The position numbers and the translations under genes were made by a program. The notes below the pieces were generated by a model, which saw nothing but the letters and a program-made list of their open reading frames with translations, searched no databases and was not told where the DNA came from. From contig CAWCAG010000007.1 of assembly GCA_963793425.1 (NCBI GenBank), positions 544,001 to 608,000 on the forward strand: a DNA stretch of 64,000 bases, in the 5' to 3' direction. This DNA comes from an uncultured cyanobacterium. GTDB lineage: Bacteria > Cyanobacteriota > Cyanobacteriia > Cyanobacteriales > CAWCAG01. This document shows, one piece after another, positions 1 to 10,896 of the stretch; position 1 is the stretch's first letter, and every line of letters starts with the position of its first letter.

Positions 1-61
1 ACTAGTTTGCTCAAAAATTAACTTTCAGAAATTCTTTACATCCAGGTCATTACAACTAGAT

Positions 62-1732
62 TTATCTCAAAGTTTGTCTTGCTGAAGCACTAACAAGATC
101 AACAACAAAAGTAAGTATGATAAATACTATCAAAATAGTAACAACACTAGGATAATCGAAATTACTTAATTGCTCTGTTAACAACCTACCCAAACCTCCT
201 GCCCCCACTAAGCCAACAATAACAGTGGCACGGATACAAACTTCCCAACGGTAAAGAATATAGGCAAGAAAGCGAGGTAAGGTTAGAGGTAAAATCCCAT
301 AGAGAAAAACTTGCCCTGATGTTGCCCCCAAAGCAGAAAGAGATTTTAGAGGGCGTTGATCCAGGTTTTCTATTACCTCTGCCATTAAACGTCCCAGGAT
401 ACCTAAATTATGTAAACCAAGGGCGATCCCACCGGGTAAAATGCCTGGAAAAAAGCCAAAAAGAAAAATTAGAGCCCAAATGGGTTCGGGAACAGCCCTA
501 GTTAAAAGTAAAATAAAGCGAGTAGTGATTAAGAGAAAAAGGGGTAATAGTTTGTTGCTTTTAACAGGGTTAAATACTCCTCCTGGCAAAAACAAATTAT
601 TAGCAGCAGTAAAAGAAAGTAAAATTCCTCCTGCGCCAGCTATAACTATTGCTAAAACTGACATAGCTAAGGTTTGTTGGGCTAGTTTCCAGAGGGAAGA
701 GAATTGACTAAAATTAGGTGGGAAAGCATCTGTTACTATGGTAATCAGGTTATTAATTGTACGAGGCGAACAAAGTTGAGAAAAATCCGCTTTGATGTAC
801 CAAAAAGAAAAAATGATTAAGCTAACTGTACCAAGGATAGAGAAAATAGTTAAATAAGATTTTCTCTCCCTAAAATAGGAAGTTTGAGTCTTTTTGAAAC
901 TAAGAAAATGTAAATCTAAACGAGTTGGGGCATCCAAACTACGACGTAGCAGAGAACTCCATAAATCGACGCTACCAGTCAAAAGAATTAAAGCAATCAG
1001 GAAAGTCCACATTTGCTGGTAATTCAAAGCTTGCAGACTAAGCAAAATTTCATAACCCAGCCCCCCAGCCCCAATAATACCTAACACCGCAGCAGAACGA
1101 ATAGAACATTCAAAACGGTAGAAAGCGTAGGAAAGGAGATTAAGGAAGGCTTGGGGAATTAAACTGTAAAGAAAAGCTGGTAAAGGGGCAACCCCACTAC
1201 CCAACAAACTTTGTAAAGCTTGGGGTGATGTCTCATCTAAAATCTCTGCAAAAACTTTAGCTGTAATTGCGCCAAAAGGAAGGGCGATCGCCCCTATTGC
1301 CACTAAAGGATCTAGTCCGAAAATATTAACAAAAAATAAACCCCAGATTGCTTCATGAATTGAGCGAGGTATCGCTAAAATTCCTCTTACTAATAACCAA
1401 GGAGCGCTAGAATTATTAGGAAATAAACAATGCCACCAAACTTGAGAAGAAAACAAGCCCCCGATCATACCAATAAGTAAACTTAAAAAAGTTCCGCAGG
1501 TAGCAAAAGCTAAGGTGGTTAAAGTTGCGTTTAAAGTTAAACGGAGAAATTCAGGACTAATTTCTGGAGAAGTTGCGGCAGCAAGGAAGCGCAAAACTAA
1601 GGTAATGCCTCCAGTATTAATTAAATCCCCTTGAAAAACTCCTGCAACCTGTAATGACCAAAGCAGAGAAAGGAGCAAAATAAAGCTCCAAAAAGTATGC
1701 CAGTTAAGGAAGTAAAGCCGAAGGGAGTTCAC
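62..1732 (-). CDS. phnE: Phosphonate/phosphite ABC transporter permease, two fused PhnE-like domains
   Basis: 556-aa hydrophobic ORF with two repeats of the permease signature (YRFECSIRSAAVLGIIGAGGLG; YRWEVCIRATVIVGLVGAGGLG). Confidence 0.8.
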   Translation of the reverse strand: MNSLRLYFLNWHTFWSFILLLSLLWSLQVAGVFQGDLINTGGITLVLRFLAAATSPEISPEFLRLTLNATLTTLAFATCGTFLSLLIGMIGGLFSSQVWWHCLFPNNSSAPWLLVRGILAIPRSIHEAIWGLFFVNIFGLDPLVAIGAIALPFGAITAKVFAEILDETSPQALQSLLGSGVAPLPAFLYSLIPQAFLNLLSYAFYRFECSIRSAAVLGIIGAGGLGYEILLSLQALNYQQMWTFLIALILLTGSVDLWSSLLRRSLDAPTRLDLHFLSFKKTQTSYFRERKSYLTIFSILGTVSLIIFSFWYIKADFSQLCSPRTINNLITIVTDAFPPNFSQFSSLWKLAQQTLAMSVLAIVIAGAGGILLSFTAANNLFLPGGVFNPVKSNKLLPLFLLITTRFILLLTRAVPEPIWALIFLFGFFPGILPGGIALGLHNLGILGRLMAEVIENLDQRPLKSLSALGATSGQVFLYGILPLTLPRFLAYILYRWEVCIRATVIVGLVGAGGLGRLLTEQLSNFDYPSVVTILIVFIILTFVVDLVSASARQTLR

Positions 1733-1846
1733 GCATTTAAAATGTTTAATTTAGCATTGCTCTACTCTAGTCATTTTTGCAAGCTAGACTAATAATTGTA
1801 CGGTGGGATCGCCCAAAACAATAATTGAAACAAAGAGTATAAAACC

Positions 1847-2272
1847 ATGCGAATGCTACATACCATGATTAGGGTATGCAACTTAGAAGAATCGGTGAAA
1901 TTCTATTGCGAAGTTTTGGGTATGAAATTACTTCGTCAAAAAGACTACCCTGGGGGCGAATTCACCTTAGCCTTTGTGGGTTATGGCGACGAATCGGAAC
2001 ATAGTGTCATTGAACTCACCCATAACTGGGGGGTAGATAGTTATGAAATTGGGGATGGTTTTGGTCATCTTGCCCTGGGGGTAGATAATATCTATGATAC
2101 TTGCGCCCAAATTAGAGTGCGAGGAGGTAAAATCACTAGGGAACCAGGGCCAATGAAACATGGTTCAACGGTAATAGCCTTTGTTGAAGATCCTAATGGT
2201 TATAAGATTGAGCTAATTCAGTTAGGAACTCAAGGTTCTCAGCAAAAGAAAGAAACAGCTACTGCAAGTTAA
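1847..2272 (+). CDS. gloA: Lactoylglutathione lyase (glyoxalase I)
   Basis: [17 protein letters not shown] and [15 protein letters not shown] motifs. Confidence 0.95.
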   Translation: MRMLHTMIRVCNLEESVKFYCEVLGMKLLRQKDYPGGEFTLAFVGYGDESEHSVIELTHNWGVDSYEIGDGFGHLALGVDNIYDTCAQIRVRGGKITREPGPMKHGSTVIAFVEDPNGYKIELIQLGTQGSQQKKETATAS

Positions 2273-2401
2273 GTCATAATTAACTAGCGCACCGTGGCAA
2301 TAATAACTGATACTAGCAATTGATGAGATGGGAAAATCAAGGAAGTCAACCATTGCTTCCCATTAATTCATTAATTTTGCCTAACCTCTGTTGCCATCCC
2401 C

Positions 2402-3448
2402 ATGCTTGAGATTTTCATTGCTGTCCTTATTGTTCTCTCAGGTTCGGCTATCTGTTCTTGTGCAGAAACTGCTTTACTATCTATATCTACAGTTAGAGTT
2501 CGCCAATTAGCCCAGTCTAAACAACCTGCTACCTTGGCGCTTTTAGCAATCCGGCAAAGGATAAATCGTCCCATAGCTACTATTGTCATCCTTAACAATA
2601 CCTTCAATATTATTGGTAGTATTGTCATTGGCAGTTTAGCAACTCAAGAATTAGGAGATGCTTGGTTAGGGCTATTTTCGGCAGTATTAACCTTTTTAAT
2701 TATTGTCTTTGCTGAAATAATTCCTAAAACTTTAGGAGAACGCTATGCTCACCATATCGCTCTTTTTGTAGCCATTCCTGTTAAAGGGTTAACTTTCCTC
2801 TTCACTCCCTTAGTTTGGTTAATGGAACAAGTAACCTCTCCTTTTGTTAAAGGAAAAAAACTACCCACCACCAACGAAGCAGAAATTCAATTCTTAGCCA
2901 GAATTGGTTATCAAGAAGGAGTAATTGAAGACGACGAAGCAGAAATGATTCAGCGTGTCTTTCAATTGAACGATCTTAATGCTGCTAATCTTATGACACC
3001 AAGGGTGATTGTTACCTATTTGCGAGGAGAATTAACTCTTATAGAGGCTAAAGATGAAATCTTAAATTCTCAGCACACTCGAATTATTGTGGTAGAAGAT
3101 TCTTTAGACAGAGTAACTGGCGTAGCCTTAAAGCAAGACTTACTCGCTGCGATGGTAGAAGACAAAAGCGATCACCAAATTGCTAATTTAGTTCGTCCTG
3201 TCCATTATGTCCCAGAAACAGTTAGAGCAGACAAACTACTCAAAACCTTTCAATCTACCCATGAACATCTCTTTGTTGTTCTTGATGAGTATGGCGGAGT
3301 CTCAGGGGTTGTCACCCTAGAGGATGTATTGGAAGTACTTACCGGAGAGATAGTTGATGAAACAGATAGAATTATCGATCTCCAAGAAATTGCCCGCAAA
3401 CGCAGAAAAAATATGTTGCAGTCTATGGGATTTGATCATGAAGATTAA
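2402..3448 (+). CDS. CNNM/DUF21 plus CBS-domain membrane protein (hemolysin/CorC-like)
   Basis: N-terminal TM segments with AETA and AEIIPK; C-terminal VLDEYGGVSGVVTLEDVLE CBS motif. Confidence 0.9.
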   Translation: MLEIFIAVLIVLSGSAICSCAETALLSISTVRVRQLAQSKQPATLALLAIRQRINRPIATIVILNNTFNIIGSIVIGSLATQELGDAWLGLFSAVLTFLIIVFAEIIPKTLGERYAHHIALFVAIPVKGLTFLFTPLVWLMEQVTSPFVKGKKLPTTNEAEIQFLARIGYQEGVIEDDEAEMIQRVFQLNDLNAANLMTPRVIVTYLRGELTLIEAKDEILNSQHTRIIVVEDSLDRVTGVALKQDLLAAMVEDKSDHQIANLVRPVHYVPETVRADKLLKTFQSTHEHLFVVLDEYGGVSGVVTLEDVLEVLTGEIVDETDRIIDLQEIARKRRKNMLQSMGFDHED

Positions 3449-3681
3449 GCAGAAGGAGTACCGAAAGAAGAACTCTGCTGCTTTTTGTCATTTCTTTCAT
3501 CTTCTTCCCGACGGCCATCACCACGAGAATCACTCCTTTTTTGTTCACCTTGAGCAACAGTTTCTTTTTGAAGAGCCTCAAATTGCAAAGGCTTTTGGGG
3601 CTGAGATGCTGTTTGGTAATGACAATTTACCAAACCAGTAATTAATAAGCTTGTTAACAAAACCGAACCCTGAATTTGCAT
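3445..3681 (-). CDS. Small secreted protein, PatX-like, with RGDGR motif (start may be 3696)
   Basis: Hydrophobic signal-like N-terminus (SVLLTSLLITGLVNC), Q/P-rich linker, SRGDGRRE near the C-terminus. Confidence 0.5.
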   Translation of the reverse strand: MQIQGSVLLTSLLITGLVNCHYQTASQPQKPLQFEALQKETVAQGEQKRSDSRGDGRREEDERNDKKQQSSSFGTPSA

Positions 3682-3823
3682 AGCGAATATTCTCATGAAA
3701 GCTTTGTTCACTAATGCAATCTTTTTTGCCCTTAATCCGTACAAAAAAGCATTAATGTGACAGTTCTTAAACTGATTACTCGGCAGACTTTTTAAGTCGT
3801 TAGATATACGGATAAGCTATTAA

Positions 3824-4192
3824 TTAGCGCTGCCAAACCACTAAAATCACACCACAAACAATAAATCCTAGACCAACGAGACGACTTGTAGGAATAGTCT
3901 CGTGAAAAATAAAATACCCCAGTAAAACTGAAAAAATATAAATCAAGGAAGCTGAAGGCCCCACAACACTAAGCTTGACGCGGGTAAGCAACATAATATA
4001 AAAAATAGCTCCTAATCCATAGCAAACCAAACCAGTAACTAGTTCAGGGGTGGTAGCAATACCAAGAATATGACTAATTAGATTATTGGCAGTAACTTTT
4101 CCTAACTTAAGGGCCCCTAACTTTAAGAAAAACTGTCCTAAAGCACTAATTGATATTGATAACAGAAGGAGAACCAATTCTGGTGGTGTCAT
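3824..4192 (-). CDS. EamA/SMR-type small membrane transporter
   Basis: 122 aa, four TM helices, GQFFLK and FHETI..RLVG patterns. Confidence 0.8.
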   Translation of the reverse strand: MTPPELVLLLLSISISALGQFFLKLGALKLGKVTANNLISHILGIATTPELVTGLVCYGLGAIFYIMLLTRVKLSVVGPSASLIYIFSVLLGYFIFHETIPTSRLVGLGFIVCGVILVVWQR

Positions 4193-4357
4193 AAATTATT
4201 GCGAAATCAAGATAAGCAACTTTGGATTATATCTTAGTGTTTGCTTAGCTTCCGTTAATATACTGGTTTATGTGAATTGATTTTCTGGCGTTGCCAAACA
4301 GACTCTTCCTGGGAAGCGATGTTATTCTAGCCATTAACAACCACAAATAAGCTTCAG

Positions 4358-4834
4358 ATGACCAAATCCTCTAACCTGTCCTGGTACTCAACTTTGTTGA
4401 TGGGAACTGTCTTCCTAACCTTGGGAATAAGCATCAAACCGACTCAAGCACAAAGTAGCTATGCACCTATTCCTATACCTCAAAGCAACGAAATTTCTGA
4501 TCGGCTTTCAGAATCAGACATTCCTACAGGTGATGGCGGTTTTTTCCGAGATTATTTAGTAAATTTACAGAAAGGAGATCAAGTAGCTATAGACCTTCTT
4601 TCTGAAGAGTTTGATACAGTGATCACCTTAATCGCTGATGATGGTTCTGCGGTAGGAGAAAATGATGATGGTCCCGATGGCAGTACTAATTCTCTGTTGT
4701 TTTCCAGAATTGCAGAAACAGGTAAATATGTCGTTCGGGTTAAAGCCTTTGGAGAGACTGGAGGCGGTACATTTTCCCTTAAAGTAACCCGTTTGCGACC
4801 TACAGGTGGTGCAGCAACTTGTGATTGTGAGTAG
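4358..4834 (+). CDS. Secreted PPC (pre-peptidase C-terminal) domain protein
   Basis: Signal peptide; FDTVITL..ENDDG...NS..I..TGKYVVRV. Confidence 0.8.
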   Translation: MTKSSNLSWYSTLLMGTVFLTLGISIKPTQAQSSYAPIPIPQSNEISDRLSESDIPTGDGGFFRDYLVNLQKGDQVAIDLLSEEFDTVITLIADDGSAVGENDDGPDGSTNSLLFSRIAETGKYVVRVKAFGETGGGTFSLKVTRLRPTGGAATCDCE

Positions 4835-4844
4835 TTGGGGATGT

Positions 4845-5636
4845 TTATAATACTATAGTTAGAAAGCACAGTAATAATGCTTCTGTCCATTCTACCACCG
4901 CACCATAGGTATCCCCTGTATGACCTCCTAGTTGACGATTAAACCAGGCAGCTACAGTTATAGTAGTTACAGCCCCACCTAGTATCATTGCTAAAGGTAG
5001 CTGCCACCCTTGGGGATGAAAGTAAAGGGGAGTACTGCTCAAGGCAATTAAGGTAAGCAAACCTAAAAGTAAGTCTTGGGGTAGTTGTATCGACTCTTTG
5101 TGAAATGCACCTTTACCTTCCGGTTTCAAATAATCATAGTATGCGATCGCCCAAACTTGTCCCCAACGTCCCCACCCAGCACAAAACATTAAAGCTAACC
5201 AGCGGTAGTTGGTTAGTTCGCTTAAAGCAGCAGTTTTTAAGAGTAGAACCATGACTGCTGCTATTACCCCAAAAGCACCTGTGCGACTATCCTGCATCAC
5301 TTCTAGTCGGCGTTCTGGTTCCAATACTCCCAAGCCATCAGCACTATCAATAGCCCCATCTAGGTGCAAGCCTCCGGTGATGATAATCCAAATTCCGACA
5401 ATTAAAGCACTGCGGGTTAACCCTGGCATAGCTAATTGCTCTAAACCAAGATCCACTAACCCTAAAAAACCACCAATCATAATACCAATCAGAGGAGCAA
5501 AACGGGCTACCCTTTGCCATTCTAATTTCCACTGAGCAGGTAAAGGTAGATAAGTATAAAAAACGATCCCTCCTAAAAATGACTTGAAGACGGATTTGCT
5601 TGATTTTACGGATTCATGATGCATAAATTGCTTCAT
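4845..5636 (-). CDS. cobS: Adenosylcobinamide-GDP ribazoletransferase (cobalamin synthase)
   Basis: [24 protein letters not shown] and [10 protein letters not shown] motifs. Confidence 0.95.
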   Translation of the reverse strand: MKQFMHHESVKSSKSVFKSFLGGIVFYTYLPLPAQWKLEWQRVARFAPLIGIMIGGFLGLVDLGLEQLAMPGLTRSALIVGIWIIITGGLHLDGAIDSADGLGVLEPERRLEVMQDSRTGAFGVIAAVMVLLLKTAALSELTNYRWLALMFCAGWGRWGQVWAIAYYDYLKPEGKGAFHKESIQLPQDLLLGLLTLIALSSTPLYFHPQGWQLPLAMILGGAVTTITVAAWFNRQLGGHTGDTYGAVVEWTEALLLCFLTIVL

Positions 5637-5763
5637 TCTTAATCGAAAATTTAATGAACCGCAGAAATTTATGGCAACAGCGGCTAAATCTTGGGCTAAG
5701 ATCGTCTAGTAGTCTGGCTTAATTAAACAGCAGACCATCCAAAAGCATCACAGGCTTTTCCCT

Positions 5764-6213
5764 ATGAGTCAAGAACAATCCATACACCAATTACCAGCCC
5801 CTTGTATTATTGATAACGGCATTGTTGTTAATAAGGACGATATGCACCGCCTCCTAACCAATCTAGGTCGCGTCAAGTATATTCACACTTTAGAAGAGAA
5901 ATTACAAGTTGAAGATGAGGGTTTTGTAGTCGAGGTTTTCGGCGATCCTCACCAATCTACCTTAATTGTTAATGGTTCTCTTCACCTGAATGTACAGAGT
6001 TTTGATTATTTACAATTGCATCGTTCTGAAAATAGAGAAGCTTATTTTGATTTAATTCAAGATAATCGCCAGTTGCGACTAATTCCTCTGTCTAACCCCT
6101 TAGAAGAGCAAGTTAACAAAAATTTGGATGTAGACGCTTTAGAAGCAATGGTAGCTCAAGTTCTCTCTGCTAAATGGGATGTACAAATTGATGAGGATGA
6201 TTGCCCTTTTTAG
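5764..6213 (+). CDS. Conserved cyanobacterial hypothetical protein
   Basis: 149-aa ORF with ATG start directly upstream of tgt; plausible composition. Confidence 0.7.
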   Translation: MSQEQSIHQLPAPCIIDNGIVVNKDDMHRLLTNLGRVKYIHTLEEKLQVEDEGFVVEVFGDPHQSTLIVNGSLHLNVQSFDYLQLHRSENREAYFDLIQDNRQLRLIPLSNPLEEQVNKNLDVDALEAMVAQVLSAKWDVQIDEDDCPF

Positions 6214-6253
6214 GACTTTAAAATTAATGATGATTATTATGGCAACTTAATTA

Positions 6254-7360
6254 GTGGGATTTTCTTTTCAGCATCAAGGACAATGTGGTCAAACCCAAGC
6301 TAGGGCTGGAGTGTTGCATACGCCTCATGGCAACATGGAAACCCCTAAATTTATGCCTGTGGGAACTTTAGGGACGGTTAAAGGGTTAACTCCGGCCCAA
6401 TTAGAAGATTGTCAGGCCCAAACTATCCTAGCTAATACTTACCACCTACATCTGCAACCAGGAGAAAAAATTGTTGCCGCAGCGGGAGGACTCCATAACT
6501 TTATGGGTTGGCAGCAACCAATTTTAACGGATTCTGGTGGCTTCCAAGTATTTAGTTTGAGCAAACTACGGAAAATAACTGAACAAGGAGTTGAATTTCG
6601 CTCTCCTAGAGATGGCAGAATAATTAACTTTACACCAGAGGTTTCTATTCAGATTCAGAATACCCTAGGTGCAGATATTATCATGGCTTTCGATGAATGT
6701 CCTCCTTACCCTGCTCAGTATTCTGATGTGGTTGCGGCCACTGAACGTACCTACCGTTGGTTAAAGCGTTCTATCCAAGCCCACCAACGCCCTCAACAAC
6801 AGGCTTTGTTCGCCATTGTCCAAGGAGGGATTTATACTGATTTACGCCAAAAAGCGGCGCAGGATTTAGCAGCCCTAGACCTTCCTGGTTACGCCATAGG
6901 AGGAGTAAGTGTAGGAGAACCCCCTGAACTAATCAATCAGATTGTACGCTCAACTGCGCCTCTTTTACCCCCTCATAAGCCGAGATATTTAATGGGAGTA
7001 GGGACATATCGAGAAATGGTTCAGGGGATTGCCTCCGGAATTGATATGTTTGATTGCGTTATTCCCACCAGATTAGGCCGTCATGGTGCAGCTTTGGTAA
7101 GGGGGGAACGTTGGAACCTCAAAAATGCTCGCTTTCGAGAAGATTTTACCCCCCTAGACTCTCTTTGTAGCTGTTACACTTGCCAAACTTTCTCCCGTGC
7201 TTACCTGAATCATTTAGTGCGATCGCGGGAAATGTTAGGTTATATTTTACTTTCTTTGCATAACGTTAGAGAATTAATTCGCTTCACTGAAGATATCAGA
7301 AGAGCAATAATTGCTGATCGATTTGTCGAGGATTTTGGTGAGTGGCTGACGGATAAGTAA
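6254..7360 (+). CDS. tgt: tRNA-guanine(34) transglycosylase
   Basis: FMPVGT, TDSGGFQ, DMFDCV and Zn-binding CSCYTC motifs. Confidence 0.97.
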   Translation: MGFSFQHQGQCGQTQARAGVLHTPHGNMETPKFMPVGTLGTVKGLTPAQLEDCQAQTILANTYHLHLQPGEKIVAAAGGLHNFMGWQQPILTDSGGFQVFSLSKLRKITEQGVEFRSPRDGRIINFTPEVSIQIQNTLGADIIMAFDECPPYPAQYSDVVAATERTYRWLKRSIQAHQRPQQQALFAIVQGGIYTDLRQKAAQDLAALDLPGYAIGGVSVGEPPELINQIVRSTAPLLPPHKPRYLMGVGTYREMVQGIASGIDMFDCVIPTRLGRHGAALVRGERWNLKNARFREDFTPLDSLCSCYTCQTFSRAYLNHLVRSREMLGYILLSLHNVRELIRFTEDIRRAIIADRFVEDFGEWLTDK

Positions 7361-7464
7361 TAAGTGATAATACTTGTTTAAGTTATTAATAACCGACTAC
7401 CAACTCATGTTAAAATTCCCCTTAAATATGATTAAAACTTGTTTTGGAAAGGTAAAAAAATAAT

Positions 7465-7602
7465 ATGGAAGTAGTGATGTTGTTAGCGAAATTACCGGAA
7501 GCTTATTCTCTTTTCGATCCTTTAGTGGATGTTTTACCGATCATTCCCCTCTTTTTTCTTTTACTTGCCTTTGTTTGGCAAGCAGCGGTTGGATTCAAGT
7601 AA
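7465..7602 (+). CDS. psbK: Photosystem II protein K (not in ORF track)
   Basis: Manual translation [45 protein letters not shown]. Confidence 0.97.
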   Translation: MEVVMLLAKLPEAYSLFDPLVDVLPIIPLFFLLLAFVWQAAVGFK

Positions 7603-7780
7603 ATGTCTAACCACTCAGTTGTTTGAGGAGTTGGGGGTAGGAGATTAACTTGAGGAATTAACCAAACTTTGTATTGTTTTTAAGCTGCGATCGCAATCAC
7701 AAAGTGTTTTTTCCTCAAGAGACTGGCACAGAAAGAAAATATCCGCCAGAATCTCGAATTAGGGGTTAAACCGCAACTCC

Positions 7781-8473
7781 CTAATGTAACTCTCCTTCCA
7801 CCATCACCTCACCAATTTTGGCATTATCCTTAAATTTATTGGTTTCGTAATATGCCCCCCCTGAAGATTGGGGATAAACCCCAACAAAGCCTTTTGCTCC
7901 TAGATTGCCATTGGTTCTAAAAGTTATTTTTTGGTCAGCCGTTTCAGCAAACTTAACAAATTCCCTAGCTTCGTAATCTGTGTTGTAGCTTAAGGTTGCT
8001 TGCCCATAAACAGATTCAGCTTTTTTAATCAGAGTACCTGGCCCTACCCCTTCTGCTGTACGAAACTGGGGGTTATCTGTAAGCAAAATTTGGATCGGGT
8101 CTTGATCCTCTAATTGATCAAAGTTGAAGTAAAGAATGTAATAAAGAGTCTCGCTACCTTTTTTAACTGCGATCGCATCTAAATCCACCATGAAAGAAGG
8201 TAAAGTTTCAAAAGTTACCTCATCACCCAATTTCTCTTTAAGTTCACCCAACGTCATACCAATTTGGGCTTCACCAATTCCTTGTTCAGAAAGAGCAAAT
8301 TCTTCTGAAGCGGGGGCTTTTAGAGGTTGAGAAGTTGTTGGTGATTTTTCTTCTGCTTGGGACTCTGATTCTGTAGTAGTGTCTTGGTCTACAGAATTTG
8401 GTTCAACTTCAGCTTGAGGATTACATCCTGTGAGAATGAGCAGTAATATTGCTAAAAAATAGACTAATTTCAT
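7781..8473 (-). CDS. Hypothetical lipoprotein
   Basis: Lipobox LTGC after a hydrophobic signal; acidic low-complexity linker. Confidence 0.75.
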   Translation of the reverse strand: MKLVYFLAILLLILTGCNPQAEVEPNSVDQDTTTESESQAEEKSPTTSQPLKAPASEEFALSEQGIGEAQIGMTLGELKEKLGDEVTFETLPSFMVDLDAIAVKKGSETLYYILYFNFDQLEDQDPIQILLTDNPQFRTAEGVGPGTLIKKAESVYGQATLSYNTDYEAREFVKFAETADQKITFRTNGNLGAKGFVGVYPQSSGGAYYETNKFKDNAKIGEVMVEGELH

Positions 8474-8933
8474 AGTTAAATTTATTGGTAATTGATATTT
8501 CTACTTTCCCTTACTGGTTTAAATTTAAGTTCAATTAGAAAAAATAGAAACAACAAAAAGGGATAATTTGTGACAATTACCCCTGTGAAATTCAGTATGA
8601 CATTTTTGAGTGGATGTGGAGGAAGATTTAGCTAAGGATGAAATAGTGGAGATTATTAAGGTAGTGATAGTAGGGAAGGCTACAGGATTGGCGACGTTCG
8701 TGATAGCGGCTTTGATGGCGGTGGTTTTGCCGATTAGTTTCCCTAGTCAGTTGCTCACAATCTGAACAGGTAAGCTGTAGCTTGAAGCTTTGTTGATTGT
8801 TCATTGCTTAATTCTTGACACCCAAAAGTTATCTTAACTTTCAGTATTGAATAACCAGATTTGCGATCGCGTTTGTGTTTTGTTTGCTTTGTGTATAAAT
8901 TGGGTATGCTTTACATTGAAAATTGACAAATTA

Positions 8934-9335
8934 CTAATCGGGCTTACCAAACCTAAATTGTGGTCCAAAAGCAAGTAATACTAAATGTCCGACTAAGATT
9001 AATAAATCTCTTTCCAATCCGGCTACTTTTTTAACATCTCCTAAAAAAGCAGGAAGTTGAACAGTAGCGATCGCCCCAGCAATAATAAATAACAAAACTA
9101 AATTAGCAATTGCCCAAAAACGACCAAATAAAAGCAAGACACTGGCAATCACCTCAACAATACCTGTAATTGGTCCCAGGAAACCAGGTAGCCCAAAACC
9201 AACGAATTTTTCCATGGCTACATCCCAAAAAATAGCTTTTGGCAAACCGTGATAAAGAAAAATTAATACCAATGTGATACGCACTATCCAAAGGGCATAA
9301 AACTGAAACTTGTTGTTAGCAAAAGAAATATTCAT
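8934..9335 (-). CDS. DoxX family membrane protein
   Basis: R....IFLYHG..K pattern, conserved E in TM2, four TM helices. Confidence 0.85.
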   Translation of the reverse strand: MNISFANNKFQFYALWIVRITLVLIFLYHGLPKAIFWDVAMEKFVGFGLPGFLGPITGIVEVIASVLLLFGRFWAIANLVLLFIIAGAIATVQLPAFLGDVKKVAGLERDLLILVGHLVLLAFGPQFRFGKPD

Positions 9336-9356
9336 AAACTTTAACTCCTTGATTTA

Positions 9357-10103
9357 TTAAAGAGACTGATAACTTTTCATAACCGAAATACCTTGTGGTT
9401 GCAGAGTATCAGGCTGGTTTTCTATGGTGACTAAAACTGATTTAGCGTTGGTTAAACTATCTGGCGATAATTCTATGTGAACTGTTCCTTCTTCGTCGGG
9501 TTTAAAGTTGATACAGCCAACTTTTTTATTTGGAGAGACAGCCCACAAACGATAAACTTGGTTGCCTGGTAAAGAGTCTAAGTTTTGGAGAGTAAGGACA
9601 GCTTTTTGTTGTTCAGGGACAATAAATAAGCTTCCTGATGCCCCTTGCAACCTATTAATTCCCCTTAAAGCCACCAAACTATTATTAGGTTGGCGTAATA
9701 AGGTAATGAGTTCCTTTTGCTGTTGCAACTTTTCTTGGTTAAAAGCAAGTTGTTGGCGCAAGTAATAATCATCAATGCCTAAACAAATAGCCCCTAAAGT
9801 AGCGAAGGCTGCAACCAGCCACCCCCAACCTTGCAAGGTAAAACTAAAACCAGCTTTCGAGGAAAATTGTTGCCTTTGGGCTGTGGCTAGAATAAGTTCC
9901 CGTAATTCTGGGCTAGGTGTTTGACTTGGTAAGCCATAAGGCACTAAAGCTAAGGTTTCTTGCAGTTGTTCAATTTGTTCTAGTAACTCAGGATTATTGG
10001 CTAGTTGTTGTTTTAACCAAGTACATTCTGCTTCATCCAAATCTCCTAAAACATAGCCAGCCAATAACTCTTCTAGGTTGTCAAACTCAGGAGTATCATT
10101 CAT
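9357..10103 (-). CDS. RskA-type anti-sigma factor
   Basis: LLAGYVLGDL N-terminus, single TM, C-terminal YRLWA...VTIE...PQG. Confidence 0.88.
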   Translation of the reverse strand: MNDTPEFDNLEELLAGYVLGDLDEAECTWLKQQLANNPELLEQIEQLQETLALVPYGLPSQTPSPELRELILATAQRQQFSSKAGFSFTLQGWGWLVAAFATLGAICLGIDDYYLRQQLAFNQEKLQQQKELITLLRQPNNSLVALRGINRLQGASGSLFIVPEQQKAVLTLQNLDSLPGNQVYRLWAVSPNKKVGCINFKPDEEGTVHIELSPDSLTNAKSVLVTIENQPDTLQPQGISVMKSYQSL

Positions 10104-10107
10104 CCCT

Positions 10108-10728
10108 CTATTCCTGCCCCAACTCTTGTAGGGCTTGTCGCAGTTTTAGCAGCCCTCGGCGACATCGAGTTTTGACTGTTCCTAAAGGTAGATTTAGATG
10201 TTGAGCAATTTGAGAGTGACTTAATCCTTCATAATAAGAAAGTTCTAAAACTTGGCGTTGAGGTGCTGATAGTTGTTGGAGTGCTTTTCTTACTTGGTAG
10301 GTTCTTTCCTCTGTTGACACTTTTTCTAGAGGATGGCAGGAACTGTTAGTAGCTGTAAGATCATTCATTTTGCCTCTGTTTTGTAAAAGTTTCCACCAGG
10401 AATTTCTACTACGGAGACGGTCAATAGCCCGCGAACGGGTTAACATCATTAAGTAATTGTAAAAAGAGCCACGTTGCTGCTGATAATTAGGATGTGCCTG
10501 TAAACTAAGAAAGACTTCTTGGGTTAAATCTTCTGCTTCTGGAGGATTATTTAACATCCGTTGAGCCAAGCGGTAAACCAACAAGCCATAGCGGTCGTAT
10601 AATATCCCTAGAGCAAAGGTATTTCCCTGTTTGAAAGCAGCAAAAACATCTTCGTCTGTATAAGAGGCAAGCTGAACTCTTGGCTCAAAAGAATAGGTTA
10701 TCAAAGGATCACGACGCACTGAATTCAT
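10108..10728 (-). CDS. ECF sigma-70 factor (SigK-like)
   Basis: AEDLTQEVF, RSRAIDRLR and YYEGLSHSQIA..LGTVKTR motifs. Confidence 0.92.
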   Translation of the reverse strand: MNSVRRDPLITYSFEPRVQLASYTDEDVFAAFKQGNTFALGILYDRYGLLVYRLAQRMLNNPPEAEDLTQEVFLSLQAHPNYQQQRGSFYNYLMMLTRSRAIDRLRSRNSWWKLLQNRGKMNDLTATNSSCHPLEKVSTEERTYQVRKALQQLSAPQRQVLELSYYEGLSHSQIAQHLNLPLGTVKTRCRRGLLKLRQALQELGQE

Positions 10729-10896
10729 AATTAGAAAGCAAAAGGCAAAGACAATTTAGCAATAGGCATTGTGAATAATAGGCAAGAGGTTAGGTAAAAT
10801 TTTTCTGCTTACTTGGTATACGGAGGTGATGCTCATTTGGATTCATTTACAATCTGAAAGTGATGAAAATTCTTTTATAAGCAAGGAGTTAAACCT

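Noticed and set aside
3805..3815. TCCGTA upstream of the PatX-like gene as a DIF1 (TCCGGA) promoter motif
   Set aside because: One mismatch and no clear matching -10 element; too weak to call
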